A stretch of DNA of 64,000 nucleotides from Chitinophagaceae bacterium (lineage in GTDB: Bacteria; Bacteroidota; Bacteroidia; Chitinophagales; UBA10324). Position numbers and translations under genes: made by a program. Under the pieces are notes generated by a model. That model saw only the letters and a program-made list of their open reading frames with translations, had not been told where the DNA came from and ran no database searches. The stretch is from NCBI GenBank assembly GCA_016704325.1, contig JADJAG010000005.1:135860-199859 (forward strand), read 5' to 3'. Within the stretch, counting starts at the first letter, position 1, and every line of letters begins with the position of its first letter. Below, one piece after another: positions 40,711 to 52,700 of the stretch.

Positions 40711-41724
40711 TCAGAAACGCGGACAAGGCACATCAATAGAATTTCCCCTTTGTTTTCTATACCAACCTGTATACACAATAGAAAGCTCAAACGCGCCTTT
40801 GCCACCGGATGCTGCCTTTAAAGAAGAGGTGTTGACATCATAGTTCAGCACTGCACGCCATCTTTCAAACTGATAGCCGATAGTGGGTATCACTGCATCA
40901 CCAAACCTGGCAAACAGGCCGGCAAACAATTGATTGGAAGAAGCAGTATTGAGTGCATAACTCAACATTCCACCTGCCAGGAACTCATGTGCTTTCTTCT
41001 GCGACATGTAGATCATACTGGGATAGATATAGACCTGGTCAGATAGGCGGATACTTGCTCCGGCATTTAATGCAGGACGTATACCTAACCGGTTTTCTGT
41101 ATTGCCATAAAATGAATCGCTGGGTCTGAACACATGGAATACAGCTATACCGGCATATAAACCAATATTGTCTGAACCGCTGTAAGAATAAGAGATGCCG
41201 GCATTCACATCGGTGTATCCGGTTTGCTGCGCTTCATAATTTTCTCCACTGGGTAAGCCCAGGTCGAAGCCTGCATCAGCCCACTGATTGTCGAAATAAA
41301 ATTTAGAGAAGTCAACAGATTTCTGAACAAAACCTGCCTGCAAGCCAAAAGACAGGTAATTGGTTTTCTCTTCGTCAAAGGCAATATGATAAGATGCCGA
41401 TGCCATGATTTTTGTAACGGACAGGTCGCCATCACCTGCACGGTCAGAGATCATATATAGTCCGGTGGAAAAGTAGTTGCGGTGAATGAAATTTTTATTG
41501 AAAGACATATCACCATAAAAATCAAATGACTTGTAAGGAACCGTAACGCTGCCCCATTGTTGCCTGTAGTTAAGACCGGCGCGATAATCTCCAACGAAAC
41601 TGCCGGTATAAGATGGATTGATTGTTAATGGTGTAGAAAAGTACTGGGAGAAATGAATATCCTGAGCCTGCAGTTGGCCAACTGCGGCATGCATGAATAA
41701 GAGTATGACAACAACCCGCATCAT
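40711..41724 (-). CDS. PorP/SprF-family type IX secretion system membrane protein.
   Basis: AQDIHFSQYFSTPLTINPSYTG is the hallmark N-terminus. The gene lies directly downstream of a T9SS type B cargo gene. Confidence 0.88.
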   Translation of the reverse strand: MMRVVVILLFMHAAVGQLQAQDIHFSQYFSTPLTINPSYTGSFVGDYRAGLNYRQQWGSVTVPYKSFDFYGDMSFNKNFIHRNYFSTGLYMISDRAGDGDLSVTKIMASASYHIAFDEEKTNYLSFGLQAGFVQKSVDFSKFYFDNQWADAGFDLGLPSGENYEAQQTGYTDVNAGISYSYSGSDNIGLYAGIAVFHVFRPSDSFYGNTENRLGIRPALNAGASIRLSDQVYIYPSMIYMSQKKAHEFLAGGMLSYALNTASSNQLFAGLFARFGDAVIPTIGYQFERWRAVLNYDVNTSSLKAASGGKGAFELSIVYTGWYRKQRGNSIDVPCPRF

Positions 41725-41820
41725 GCCGGTTGGTTTGTATTTATTCCTGGATTCATTTAAAACGTTGCTTAAAAATGATCATATCTAAGTTGCCACTAAT
41801 TTTATAAATCATTGAATCTT

Positions 41821-44800
41821 CTATTTCAAAAGCGTGACATTTCCACTTCTTTGACTTACAGTACCGTTGCTGAATGTCGCAGTCAGCATCCATACATACA
41901 CTTCCATTTCCTGTTGCACTCCTTTATAATAGCCATCCCAGCCATTGTTGATATTGTTTGTTTCATAAACTAATTCTCCCCAGCGATTGAAAACCTTAAA
42001 TCCTAAGGTTTTGATATCCTGTCCTCTTACATACAGAATATCATTTTGCCCGTCGCCATTTGGAGAGAATGCATTGGGAACATCTACAACAGGCAATAAC
42101 CGGACTGTGATATACGTACACGCCTGATCCGGACAACCACCTTCATTGTTTGCGGTAAGGCAAGCCAGGTAATCACCACTCAATAAATAAGTATGCTTGG
42201 GATTCACTTCTTCACTGGTACCACCATCTCCAAAACTCCAGGAATAATATAGTGCACCGGTTGACTGATTAAGAAATTGTACTTCTGAAACATAGTCTTG
42301 TATCACGGTCGGATCTGCTGTGAAAGCGGCAACAGGCGGATAAGGTAATACCGTGACTGTGAAGAAAGCAGTATCAAAAACATTGCAGGCAGCAGGGTCA
42401 CCAATGATCATCATTCCTTCATAAATTCCAGGTATGGAATAGACATGTGTCGGGCTTGGATCAGTCGAAGTTTGTCCGTCACCAAAATCCCAGAAGAAGG
42501 TAATACCTCCATATCCGGTATTGGAAAAATTAGCGGTGTAAGGCGGACACCCAAAGAAATCGTCGCTGCTGATCTCCGCAATAAGCACATGGGTAAAATC
42601 GATTACCTGCTCAATCGTATCAAACTGATTGCACGACAGTGGATCGCTCACAATGAGGTATACCGTATACAATCCGGGCACCGTATAAGTATGACTAACG
42701 TTTAGCCCGGATGCTGTGGTGCCATCACCGAAATCCCAGGAAAAAGAGGTAACGGTACCGCTTGATACAGCCGCAAAATCTACTTTCAGTGAATCGCAGT
42801 AATCTGTAATGGTAGTTGTATAACTGGCATTTACGGTGGTATTGTAAACCACCACCGTAGTATAAGCCGTGTCAATCGGTACACAGGCAGTAGGATCGGT
42901 AGCAATGAGCATCACCACGAAGGTTCCTGTATCGGTGAATACATGGGTAGGTGTATTTTCTGTTGAGGTGGCGCCATCTCCAAAATCCCAGAAATACTGT
43001 GTGGCGTTTACACTGCTGTTGCTGAAACTTACATTCAGCGGCACACAACCTGTGGCCGTTGGAAAAGCTGCAAGGTCTGCCGTAACTACAAACAAGTTGA
43101 TCTCCATTTTGAATCCAAGCTGATTGCAGTTAAAACTTCCATTCACTTCACTTAATGCTCCTTGTGTAGTAGGTGTAAGAGAAGTGCCTCCGCACCCTGC
43201 ACATACGGCCTGGTATACATAGCCATTCTTATCGAATCTGCTCGTGCCACCATCTACATGTTCTGTTCCCAGATCAGAACCCGGAGCGCTGTAGCCACCA
43301 AAGTAGGTGGCATACATTAATTGCGTCATATCCTTTTTGAAAACTGCCAGGTAAAAATCATTGCCATCGGTTGTTGTCTGCAAGGCGCCTGAGGTAATCG
43401 GCATGTTTAGCATGTTCATGGTAAACTGTGGCCAACCGGTAAAAACGGTGCCGCCCCATCCGGATACGTAAATATTTTCACAGGTATCTACCAGGAATGC
43501 AGTAGGGGAAATGTTAGGACTGCCATTGCCATTGCCAAATACCGTAGAATAGATGGTGGTAGAAAGGGTAGGGTCGAGTTTATGAATGAACTGTCCGCTA
43601 TTGGCATTGCTGTAAACACCGCCAGTTACCGGGTAATTGCCGGCAGTCTGTCCGAAAAAATAAGCGTTGGCCAAATCATCCAGCTTAATAAAATAGACCT
43701 GGTCCGCTTCACCCGTTCCAATAAAAGATGATTGTAAAAGAGCAGTGCCGGTGGTATTGATATGCGCAACAAATCCATCTGATTCACCTCCCTGGAAATT
43801 ACTGTGCAATGCCCCTGATGTAGCGGGAAAGTTGCTGCTCATGGTTCCTCCGCAGGTGTATACTTCATTATTAAAAATATCCAGTGAATAACAGGCATCT
43901 TCATCCGATCCTCCAATGAAAGAAGAAAAAAGCAGTGTGGAAAGCGAACTGTTAAATTTGAAGACACAGCCATCTTGCGCGCCACCTATGCTGCCTTGAA
44001 AAGCATTTGAAGTGGTAGGGAAATTGGCGGATTTTGTACAGGTGGCAACATATACATTATTGCTTGCATCGGCGATAATCTCTCCCCGGGCATCATCGCC
44101 ATAATTGGCTTTCAATTTCCCCTGTACCGGTTCCGACACACTAAAATTAACGCCATCATCACTGCTGCCTCCCAAATACGTAGATGCCAGTAAGGCATTA
44201 CCGGCGGCATTAATTTTTGACACTACAATATCAGCACCGCCATTGGATACAGGATCATAGGCACCTGTTACAATGGGGAAGTTATTAGAGTATGTTCTTC
44301 CATAGATCAGTAAGTCACCATTGTTATCGACAAATAAGCTATGTGGTGTTTCATTGTGGCTGCCGCCAAGGTAGGTAGACCAGATCATGGCATTCCCTGC
44401 GCCGGTCAGTTTGGTAATACCCATATCGCAGGCATATTGCTGGTTAAAGATGTCCTGGCCCCCGGCATAGTTGATCTGCACTGCGCCCGTACTTACAGGG
44501 TAACCGGCACTGTGTACCAATCCACCGAGATACATAGAACCCGCTGCATCATAAGTAGCAGTGAATCCGAAATTATCTGCAGTGCTTCCGGTATAGGTTG
44601 AAAAGATCAGTGTGGGATCGATGATGAGTGGTAAAGCGCGGTCATAATTTTTGTCGATAGAAAAAGTAAGGGTGGTTCCTTTCAAAACAAATTTACAGGA
44701 TACTTCTTTTTTGTTTCCATTGATCACCTGGTAAGCATAAGGTTTTTGTTCTGTAAAGTCACCCACAGAAGTAGCTATCACAAGGTTGCCATTTTGAAGG

Positions 44801-45363
44801 GATAGTTTATCAGCCCCTTCGTATGCTATTTGTATCTGTTCGGCATCGGCAAAAGGAGTAACAATGAAATCATATTTCAGGTTAGGGCCAAAGGCATACA
44901 CATTCATGTCAATCCCTTTATACAATTCATCATAGGTTACCTGTGCATAATCCTTTACTCCTGTAGCCCATCGTTGCGGATCGTTGCCAAGAAAGTAATT
45001 AAAGTGGTAGAGAGAAGGTGATACGGCACTCGTTTGTACGCTGGGGTTGGCATTCACAAAAATCTCTTTGAAGGCATGGGCGTGAATTACAAAGCTGCCG
45101 GTATCGTGAGCATGGTGTACCTTTTTAAGGTCTTCGGGGTTGAAGAAATAATAGGTAAAAGCATTTTTTTCAAGAAAAAGGTCGCCGGCCCACAATTTTG
45201 CATTGTATAGTATCTTTTCGTCCCATTGCTTCTTGTTTTCTATAAATCGCAACTGTCCCGAAGGAATGACTGATGGCGGATAATCTACTGCAAGCAAACG
45301 CAAGGGTGCTATACATAGCATCCATATTATCCAAGGGGATATCTGCGGTGTAAAGAACTTCAT
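41821..45363 (-). CDS. Large (1180 aa) SBBP-repeat and PKD-repeat surface protein with a T9SS type B sorting domain.
   Basis: SBBP-like repeats are present (YLGGS..D....), as are four PKD cores (WDFGDG.TS). The C-terminus is VPNAFSPNGDGQNDILYV...FNRWGELVY...GNVTLLK. Confidence 0.88.
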   Translation of the reverse strand: MKFFTPQISPWIIWMLCIAPLRLLAVDYPPSVIPSGQLRFIENKKQWDEKILYNAKLWAGDLFLEKNAFTYYFFNPEDLKKVHHAHDTGSFVIHAHAFKEIFVNANPSVQTSAVSPSLYHFNYFLGNDPQRWATGVKDYAQVTYDELYKGIDMNVYAFGPNLKYDFIVTPFADAEQIQIAYEGADKLSLQNGNLVIATSVGDFTEQKPYAYQVINGNKKEVSCKFVLKGTTLTFSIDKNYDRALPLIIDPTLIFSTYTGSTADNFGFTATYDAAGSMYLGGLVHSAGYPVSTGAVQINYAGGQDIFNQQYACDMGITKLTGAGNAMIWSTYLGGSHNETPHSLFVDNNGDLLIYGRTYSNNFPIVTGAYDPVSNGGADIVVSKINAAGNALLASTYLGGSSDDGVNFSVSEPVQGKLKANYGDDARGEIIADASNNVYVATCTKSANFPTTSNAFQGSIGGAQDGCVFKFNSSLSTLLFSSFIGGSDEDACYSLDIFNNEVYTCGGTMSSNFPATSGALHSNFQGGESDGFVAHINTTGTALLQSSFIGTGEADQVYFIKLDDLANAYFFGQTAGNYPVTGGVYSNANSGQFIHKLDPTLSTTIYSTVFGNGNGSPNISPTAFLVDTCENIYVSGWGGTVFTGWPQFTMNMLNMPITSGALQTTTDGNDFYLAVFKKDMTQLMYATYFGGYSAPGSDLGTEHVDGGTSRFDKNGYVYQAVCAGCGGTSLTPTTQGALSEVNGSFNCNQLGFKMEINLFVVTADLAAFPTATGCVPLNVSFSNSSVNATQYFWDFGDGATSTENTPTHVFTDTGTFVVMLIATDPTACVPIDTAYTTVVVYNTTVNASYTTTITDYCDSLKVDFAAVSSGTVTSFSWDFGDGTTASGLNVSHTYTVPGLYTVYLIVSDPLSCNQFDTIEQVIDFTHVLIAEISSDDFFGCPPYTANFSNTGYGGITFFWDFGDGQTSTDPSPTHVYSIPGIYEGMMIIGDPAACNVFDTAFFTVTVLPYPPVAAFTADPTVIQDYVSEVQFLNQSTGALYYSWSFGDGGTSEEVNPKHTYLLSGDYLACLTANNEGGCPDQACTYITVRLLPVVDVPNAFSPNGDGQNDILYVRGQDIKTLGFKVFNRWGELVYETNNINNGWDGYYKGVQQEMEVYVWMLTATFSNGTVSQRSGNVTLLK

Positions 45364-45584
45364 TGACTAAAATTATAAAGAATAGACCATTTCATGAATT
45401 TAAGTGCTGCAAAGGAGCCAAACGATGAAGAGGTGACAATGTTATGACGTGTGAAACAGGATATTGGCCTTTTTGTAGTCCTTCTATCGAAAGGACTGAG
45501 TATGAAATGCTTTATGCATAGAATAAAGGTGGTTGAAACCGACGTATATCATGCTTTCTGCTATTTTTGTTTCAAAGGATTTGC

Positions 45585-47768
45585 ATGAAAAAATATTATT
45601 TGCTGAGCGTTGCTTTCTTTTCTTTTCTGGCTTCCGCCGCACAGTCTCCACTTACCCTCGAAGATATCTGGAGTAAACCCACATTCTCCGGTAAATCAGT
45701 TGCCGGCTATACTTCCATGAAGGATGGAGAACACTATAGTGCTGTGCAGTATAATGCTGACAATTTGCAAAATTATCTGGTCTATTCATTTGCAACAGGG
45801 ATGGTTACTGATACCATTGCCCTCGGGAAAAAACTGGTACCGGTTGATTCTTCAAACGTTATTTCACCGGAAAGTTTTGTGCTCAGTAATGATGAAGAGC
45901 GTGTTTTGTTTGAAACGGAACCGGAGGCTATTTACCGGCATTCATCCCTGTCTTCCTGGTTTGTTTATGACAGGATCACAGGTCAGCTCAAACCTGTTTC
46001 CAATGGTGGCAAACAACAGGTGCCGGCATTTTCTCCGGATAATAATAAGATAGCTTTTGTTCGTAGTAACAATATTTTCTACAGGGATCTGATAACAGGC
46101 AAAGAAATTCAGGTAACAACGGACGGGCAACAGAATGTAATTATTAATGGTATTGCCGATTGGGTCTACCAGGAAGAGTTCGCATTTGTGCAGGCATATC
46201 AATGGTCGCCCGATGGCAAATACATTGCTTATTATCGCTTTGATGAAAGCGAAGTTCCGGAGTATACGGTGCAATATTTCACCGGCTTGTATCCTGAAAA
46301 CTATACCTATAAGTATCCAAAAGTTGGAGAAAAAAATGCTGTGGTTTCCATACATATCTATGAAGTGGCTTCCGGTAATCAGGTAAAGGTTGATCTCGGT
46401 ACTGAAACCAATCAATATGTTCCACGAATAAAATGGACGCTGGATGCAACTACATTATGTGTGTTCAGGATGAACCGTTGGCAGAATACATTGGAACTAT
46501 TGCTTGCTGATGTTACCTCCGGCAAAACAAAACTTATGTATAAAGAGGTGAATGACCGATACCTCGAAATCAATAATCACCTCACTTTTTTCAATGCCAA
46601 TAATAATTTTATCTGGATGAGTGAAAGGGACGGCTACAATCATCTTTACATTGGTAATGTTAGCGACGGAAAACTGACACAGGTAACCAGGGGCACCTGG
46701 GATGTTACTGATTTTTATGGTATGGATGAGAAAAGCAAACAGTTATTCTATCAATCAGCGGAAGTCTCACCGATGGAACGGTATGTCTATGCAGTATCTT
46801 TTGATGGAAAAAAGAAGCGCCGGCTTTCACCTGCACCTGGCTGGAATGAGGCATCGTTTAACAATACCTTCACGTACATGATGATAAAACATTCCTCCGC
46901 GAATATGCCGGCAGATTTTGTATTGTATGGTAAAAAAGGAGAAGTGGTTCGTCAATTAGAAGACAATAACAAACTGAAAGAAAAGCTGAAGCAATATCCG
47001 TTAAGTAAAAAGGAATTTTTCTCGTTCACTACTTCTGAAGGCGTTACCCTGAACGGATGGATGATCAAACCCTGGAACTTCGACAGCACCGGGAAGTACC
47101 CTGTTTTCATGACGGAATATGGCGGGCCCGGAAGCCAAAAGGTGTTGGATCAATGGGGCGGAAGCGATTACCTGTTTCATCAGTACCTGGCACAGGAAGG
47201 TTATATGGTGGCTTGTATTGATAATCGTGGTACCGGTGCGCGTGGCGAAGAATTTAGAAAGATGACCTATCTGCAATTGGGAAAATATGAAACGATTGAT
47301 CAGATAGAAGGTGCAAAATACTTAGGTACACTACCTTTTGTTGACGCCGGCCGCATAGGCATTTTTGGATGGAGCTATGGCGGATATCTTTCAGCCTTGT
47401 GTATGGAACTTGGCGCTGATATTTTTAAAGCAGGAATTTCTGTGGCTCCTGTTACAGATTGGAGATACTATGATAGTGTATACACCGAACGATACATGCG
47501 TGACGGAAAAGAGAATGAATCAGGTTATGTGAATGGCTCACCGGTTACGTATGCCGGAAAAATCAAGGGCAATTTTCTATTGATAGCCGGCCTTGCAGAT
47601 GATAATGTCCATTACCAGAATACAGCTGTTTTTATAAAAAAACTCTATGAAAACAATGTCCAATTTGATCAAATGACTTTTCCTGATAAGAACCATAGTA
47701 TAAGGGGAGGAAATACACGATATTATTTATACACCCGGATGACATCGTGGATTAAGGAGCATCTTTAG
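45585..47768 (+). CDS. Dipeptidyl-peptidase IV (S9B prolyl oligopeptidase family). I prefer the ATG at 45585.
   Basis: The signal peptide is MKKYYLLSVAFFSFLASAAQ, a DPP-IV N-terminal propeller is present, and the catalytic motif is GWSYGGY with downstream D and H. A TATTTTTG motif at 45562-45569 fits the Bacteroidota -7 consensus TAnnTTTG. Confidence 0.9.
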   Translation: MKKYYLLSVAFFSFLASAAQSPLTLEDIWSKPTFSGKSVAGYTSMKDGEHYSAVQYNADNLQNYLVYSFATGMVTDTIALGKKLVPVDSSNVISPESFVLSNDEERVLFETEPEAIYRHSSLSSWFVYDRITGQLKPVSNGGKQQVPAFSPDNNKIAFVRSNNIFYRDLITGKEIQVTTDGQQNVIINGIADWVYQEEFAFVQAYQWSPDGKYIAYYRFDESEVPEYTVQYFTGLYPENYTYKYPKVGEKNAVVSIHIYEVASGNQVKVDLGTETNQYVPRIKWTLDATTLCVFRMNRWQNTLELLLADVTSGKTKLMYKEVNDRYLEINNHLTFFNANNNFIWMSERDGYNHLYIGNVSDGKLTQVTRGTWDVTDFYGMDEKSKQLFYQSAEVSPMERYVYAVSFDGKKKRRLSPAPGWNEASFNNTFTYMMIKHSSANMPADFVLYGKKGEVVRQLEDNNKLKEKLKQYPLSKKEFFSFTTSEGVTLNGWMIKPWNFDSTGKYPVFMTEYGGPGSQKVLDQWGGSDYLFHQYLAQEGYMVACIDNRGTGARGEEFRKMTYLQLGKYETIDQIEGAKYLGTLPFVDAGRIGIFGWSYGGYLSALCMELGADIFKAGISVAPVTDWRYYDSVYTERYMRDGKENESGYVNGSPVTYAGKIKGNFLLIAGLADDNVHYQNTAVFIKKLYENNVQFDQMTFPDKNHSIRGGNTRYYLYTRMTSWIKEHL

Positions 47769-48004
47769 CAGGGAAATTTCTATTGGATGGTTATCCGTTA
47801 AAAGTTGGCAGAATGGCGTACTACTTTTGTAATGGTTGTTTTGAAGTATTACAAAGCATACCTAAAGGTTTATTTTGAATACTATCTTATGTAATCCAAC
47901 TATTGCTAACAGCCGATACGTGTCGCAAATTGCAAACTGTCGATAACCCAAATTATCTTTTTCTGATAATTCTGCTATTTTTACCATGAACCAAAAAAAT
48001 CATC

Positions 48005-49684
48005 ATGTCTGCACCTGCTATTAAGAAAGGCCATCCAAAAGCGCTGTATATTTTGTTTTTCACAGAGATGTGGGAACGATTTGGTTATTACCTGATGGTG
48101 GGAATTTTCCTTTTGTACCTTATTGATCCTTCAGGCAATGGCGGTAAGGGTCTCGACAATGCCAATGCCGCAGATATCGTAGGTTCCTTTATTGCACTGG
48201 TCTATCTTACTCCTTTCATCGGCGGCTTAATTGCAGATCGTTACCTGGGATATCGAAAATCAATTTTGATTGGAGGTGCATTAATGGCCCTTGGGTACCT
48301 GGGCTTGTCGTTTCCAGGGGATACTGCAATGTATCTTTCATTGCTGTGCATTATTATCGGCAATGGATTTTTTAAGCCGAATATTTCTACCCTGCTTGGT
48401 AATATTTACAGCGCGGATGAACTCAAACCGCAAAAGGATGCAGCATATGGTATCTTCTACATGGGTATAAATATTGGGGCATTCTTCTGCAATTTTGTCG
48501 CGGCATACCTGCGTAACTATTATGGCTGGGGATATGCTTTTGCTGCAGCCGGTGTAGGTATGGTGATTGCATTGATAATTTTTGCGATTAACTATAAAGA
48601 TGAAAAGATAGTAGGTGGCGATGTGAAGAAACCACTGCAAAAGGAAGACATGCCGATCAGTAAGATATTGGCTTCTGTATTTCTTCCGGCTATACTGGCC
48701 GGCATTCTGGGCTGGAACATCAGTTCGATCATCGGCAGCACCATCTTTGGAACTAAATCTAACGATGCATTTATGTTTGCCTGCGTACCCATTATTATTT
48801 TCTATGCAGGACTTTTAATAAGAGCTTCCAAAGAAGATAAGCGCGGTCTTGGTGCATTGCTTGCATTTTTTGCAGTGTCCATCGTTTTTTGGGTAATCTA
48901 TAATCAAAACAGCACGGCACTTACCATCTGGGCGCAAACTTATACAGACCGCAACATGCCTGAATCCGGTGTTGCCTGGACCAAACCTTTCGGCATGTTA
49001 CAAACAGTGACCTCTGATACGGTAGACATAACCAAAGTAGATAAGTATTTTGCCGCTGTGCTGGATGAGAATGGAAATACCATCCAAACAAAAGGAGTTG
49101 ATCCATATCTTCAGAATCTTCCGAAAGAAGAATGGCCTGCTCCCGGAGAAGAGAAGAAACTCATATCACCTGAATTATATCAATCCGTCAATCCATTTTT
49201 TATAGTGTTGTTTACCCCGTTAATCGCAGTATGGTTTTTCGGATGGTTAAGAAGAAGAAATAAAGAACCATCAACACCTTCCAAAATTGGCATAGGCATG
49301 GTGCTTGCAGGACTTTCTTCGCTGATGATGATTGCGGCGGTTATGTCCACCAACATTTATGAAGACAAATCGCACATGCTTTGGCTGATTTGTACGTATG
49401 CTATCTTTACGATGGGTGAATTGTTGATCAGTCCGATAGGCTTATCGATGGTTTCCAAATTGTCACCACCGCGCCTTACCGCTTTGATGATGGGCGCCTG
49501 GTTCCTGATAAATTCTATAGCCGGAAAAATATCCGGTCTCATGGCAACATTCTGGGATGAGTTTCCTGATAAGAAAGATTATTTCCTGATCTTGTTTGTA
49601 GCCGCCATGTTTGCCGCAGTCATCTTATTCTCTATGGTGAAGTGGCTTCGGTCAGTGGTACGTGAGAAGACGGGTACTGATTAA
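48005..49684 (+). CDS. POT/PTR2-family di-/tripeptide:proton symporter.
   Basis: FFTEMWERFGYYLMVGIFLLYL is present and the protein has 14-TM MFS topology. Confidence 0.88.
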   Translation: MSAPAIKKGHPKALYILFFTEMWERFGYYLMVGIFLLYLIDPSGNGGKGLDNANAADIVGSFIALVYLTPFIGGLIADRYLGYRKSILIGGALMALGYLGLSFPGDTAMYLSLLCIIIGNGFFKPNISTLLGNIYSADELKPQKDAAYGIFYMGINIGAFFCNFVAAYLRNYYGWGYAFAAAGVGMVIALIIFAINYKDEKIVGGDVKKPLQKEDMPISKILASVFLPAILAGILGWNISSIIGSTIFGTKSNDAFMFACVPIIIFYAGLLIRASKEDKRGLGALLAFFAVSIVFWVIYNQNSTALTIWAQTYTDRNMPESGVAWTKPFGMLQTVTSDTVDITKVDKYFAAVLDENGNTIQTKGVDPYLQNLPKEEWPAPGEEKKLISPELYQSVNPFFIVLFTPLIAVWFFGWLRRRNKEPSTPSKIGIGMVLAGLSSLMMIAAVMSTNIYEDKSHMLWLICTYAIFTMGELLISPIGLSMVSKLSPPRLTALMMGAWFLINSIAGKISGLMATFWDEFPDKKDYFLILFVAAMFAAVILFSMVKWLRSVVREKTGTD

Positions 49685-49708
49685 AAAGTTTAGAAACCGG
49701 AATAATGT

Positions 49709-49741
49709 AAAGGGTGACTTCAATAAAGTCACCCTTTTTAA
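49709..49741 (+). terminator. Hairpin terminator between the convergent POT and alpha-2-macroglobulin genes.
   Basis: AAAGGGTGACT-tcaataa-AGTCACCCTTT is followed by TTTA. Confidence 0.6.
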
Positions 49742-49760
49742 TTTGGGACCTGCTGGCTGG

Positions 49761-52700
49761 CTATTTCACAATTACCCTGACGCCTTCCGAATGGCTGGTA
49801 AACTCCGGTGCATACATGCATTGAATAGTGGTGATGCCATTTGAAAAATCACCTTTCAATTGCACGCGCAGTGGATATTCAAACACATAGGTTCCTTTAC
49901 GTAAATAATCAAAGAAGAAATTTGTTGCGGCATCCCGGGTCTCTTCATAGTATCCTAATCCATCCTGCCATTGATACCCGCTCAATACATTCATTGGTTC
50001 AAAACAGGCTGCCCGCATATCTTTCATATGAACGTACTCCATATCACGGTCTGTCCGCAATTCTACAACAACTTTTACAAGATCACCGGGATGGAGGATC
50101 GTGGAAGTAGTGATAGGTTCAAGCACCGGGCCGGCAGCACTGTTACGTTGCAGGTATAATTTCTTTTTCAATGAAAGCGGTGTTGCTGCTGGTGTAATTT
50201 TATCGAGTTGCTCAAAATACTGCCAGTAAACAGCACCCCAGCTTACACCATCCTCACTGCTTTTGCGGACAACTTTTATTGATCCCATTTGCGGTGTGAT
50301 CTCATTTTCCTTCCAGGAAGTTTTGTAATAGCCTGTTCCGGGCTCTGCATTCGTCTTTGCTAAATCAACTACCTGCTTGCCAAGCGAAACCGTTATCGCA
50401 GGTTCATTCATCAGCCAGGTGCTGCCTCTGAGTAATAAGGCATATACAGCCTCTGCTGTTGCCTTGGTGGATTTCCATTCATTGGTTTGCTTCTGCTTCA
50501 GCAACCAAAGTTTCATTGCATCAACAGATGCCACGTCATTGCCTGCTTCATCAAAGGCTTCAATCAGCAAAGCCTGTGTTTCAACAGGAGCTTCATACCA
50601 ATAATAGCCACTGCTGTTGCTTTTCCAATACATGCCAAGCTCTTCATGTACGATAGCATTTTCTTTCAGTGATTTAAGAATGGAAGCCGCAGTTTTTTTA
50701 TCACCGGATCTGTACAATGCAAGGGCAATCATTCCCTGTGCATAGATGCCTTGCTTGGTCCAGTATTGCTGCACCTGCGATTTGTAGTAGTCGGATGCTT
50801 TTTTATTTTTTTCGGCAATAGGAATATCATTGAAATAACTTCTCGCATAAAAATAATACGCAGCATGATAACTGAGATTATTCTGATCTGTATTCACTTT
50901 ATATTTAATGAGGTTATCGTAATCTTCCTGTATTCGAGCATCAAGATATGGAATAGCCCTTTCCACCATTGTGCGTGTTTTAATTTCTGTGCCGGCAATA
51001 TTTAATTGTTGCAGATGACCAATGCCGGCAAGTATGTATTGTGTTATATAACGGTTGTCAGGCCCTCCTGCAAACCACGCCCAGCCTCCGTTTGGTGTCT
51101 GCAGTTGCTCGAGTTGCTGTAATGCCGCACTCATTTCACTGCTCATCCGGTTAAGATCGAAGAGCAGGGCAATTCTTTTTTTGCGTTCCGATTCGTCCTG
51201 CGATTGTAATACCCAGGGTGTTTCCTGCAAAAGCAATGATTTCAGCTCCTGGTTTTTTTCGAGATTGGATAGGAGGGCATCCGGGTTTAAGTTTCTCCAT
51301 TGGTCAAACACCTGCTTAATCTTTGGATTTGAATTCGCGATGTGACTTGCCAATGCATTTGCATAGAAACGATTGAAGGTTTGCTCCGAACATTGATACG
51401 GATATTCCATCAGGTAAGGCAATGCCTGCACAGCATACCAGGCAGGATTGCTGGTGAATTCTAAGGTGAGATGGTAATTTTTTAGAGTTGAGGAAGCTCC
51501 GGACTGCAGCAACTTCGTGAAAGAATAATTCTTTTCGGCATTGCCACGAATGTTTATTGGTAATGATTCAGTCACTAACATTTTATTGGATAAAACCGGC
51601 AGTACATTTTCTTCACCGTCTGATTGATTGCCTGCTTTTGCAATCAACCGGTATGCAATTGCTTCAAAGCCTTCCGGCACGGTGAGGGCCCATGACAATG
51701 CCGTACTTTGTCCTTTCTCAACAGTGAATGCCAAAACATTGCTTGTATTTCCAAAATCCATATCCACAGGTTGCATGGTAAGGGCGTCAAACAATTGCAG
51801 CGTGGCTGTTCCTGATAATGCATTGCCGGATAGATTCGTGACTTTTCCTGCAAATTGTATTTTATCGCCTTCGCGGAAAAAGCGTGGTGCGTTTGGAATG
51901 GCCATTAACTCTTTTTGCGTTACCAGTTCTTTAGAGGTTTGCGCATAGCGGAGATCTGCTGTATGTGCAAATCCAAGCAGCTTCCAGCGGGTGAGTGCTT
52001 CGGGAATGGTAAAAGAGATGATGACATTGCCTGCTGAGTCAGTTCGCAGTTGGGGGAAGAAGAAAGCCGTCTCCTGCAAATTTTTGCGTACAGCCACGGT
52101 CTCTAAGCCGGTATCTTTCTTTACCTCCGTTACAGCAACGGAGTCTTCAGCACTTTTGTCCTCAGATTTACGCACCGCATTCTTTGAAACTACATTGTTG
52201 TCAAACAGCATCATTTCTGCTTGCGAGCCCCCATCCATAGCCGCTTCGCTTCGCATCAGGTATCGCTGCCTCATTTCCAGCCCAAACCAGTTCAATTGGT
52301 TATAGGAAGGCATAAAATAAGTGGCAGCGCCGGAACCGTCAACATCAAAAAATTCACTGCCTACATCACTAAAGCAGTTTCCGGGTTCCCATCTGGCATA
52401 TGGATAATAACGCTGGTAAATATCAAATTCCCAGCTAGGTGTCCGAAACGCATCCAACGATGCATCATAGAGTGTGGCAACCATTTCAGCCGAAACAGCT
52501 TCACCTTTTGCTCCTGATATTTTCAGTTTCCATTCTTCATTTTGTCCGGGTAACAATTTATCACGGAATGATTCGAATGATATTTTTAATTCTTTGCAGG
52601 TATATGGAACGGCAATGGTTTGATTGAATGAATAAACCCTTCCATGTTTTACAGCGAAGGCACTCACATAAATTCCACCGGCCATGTTTTCAGTAACAGG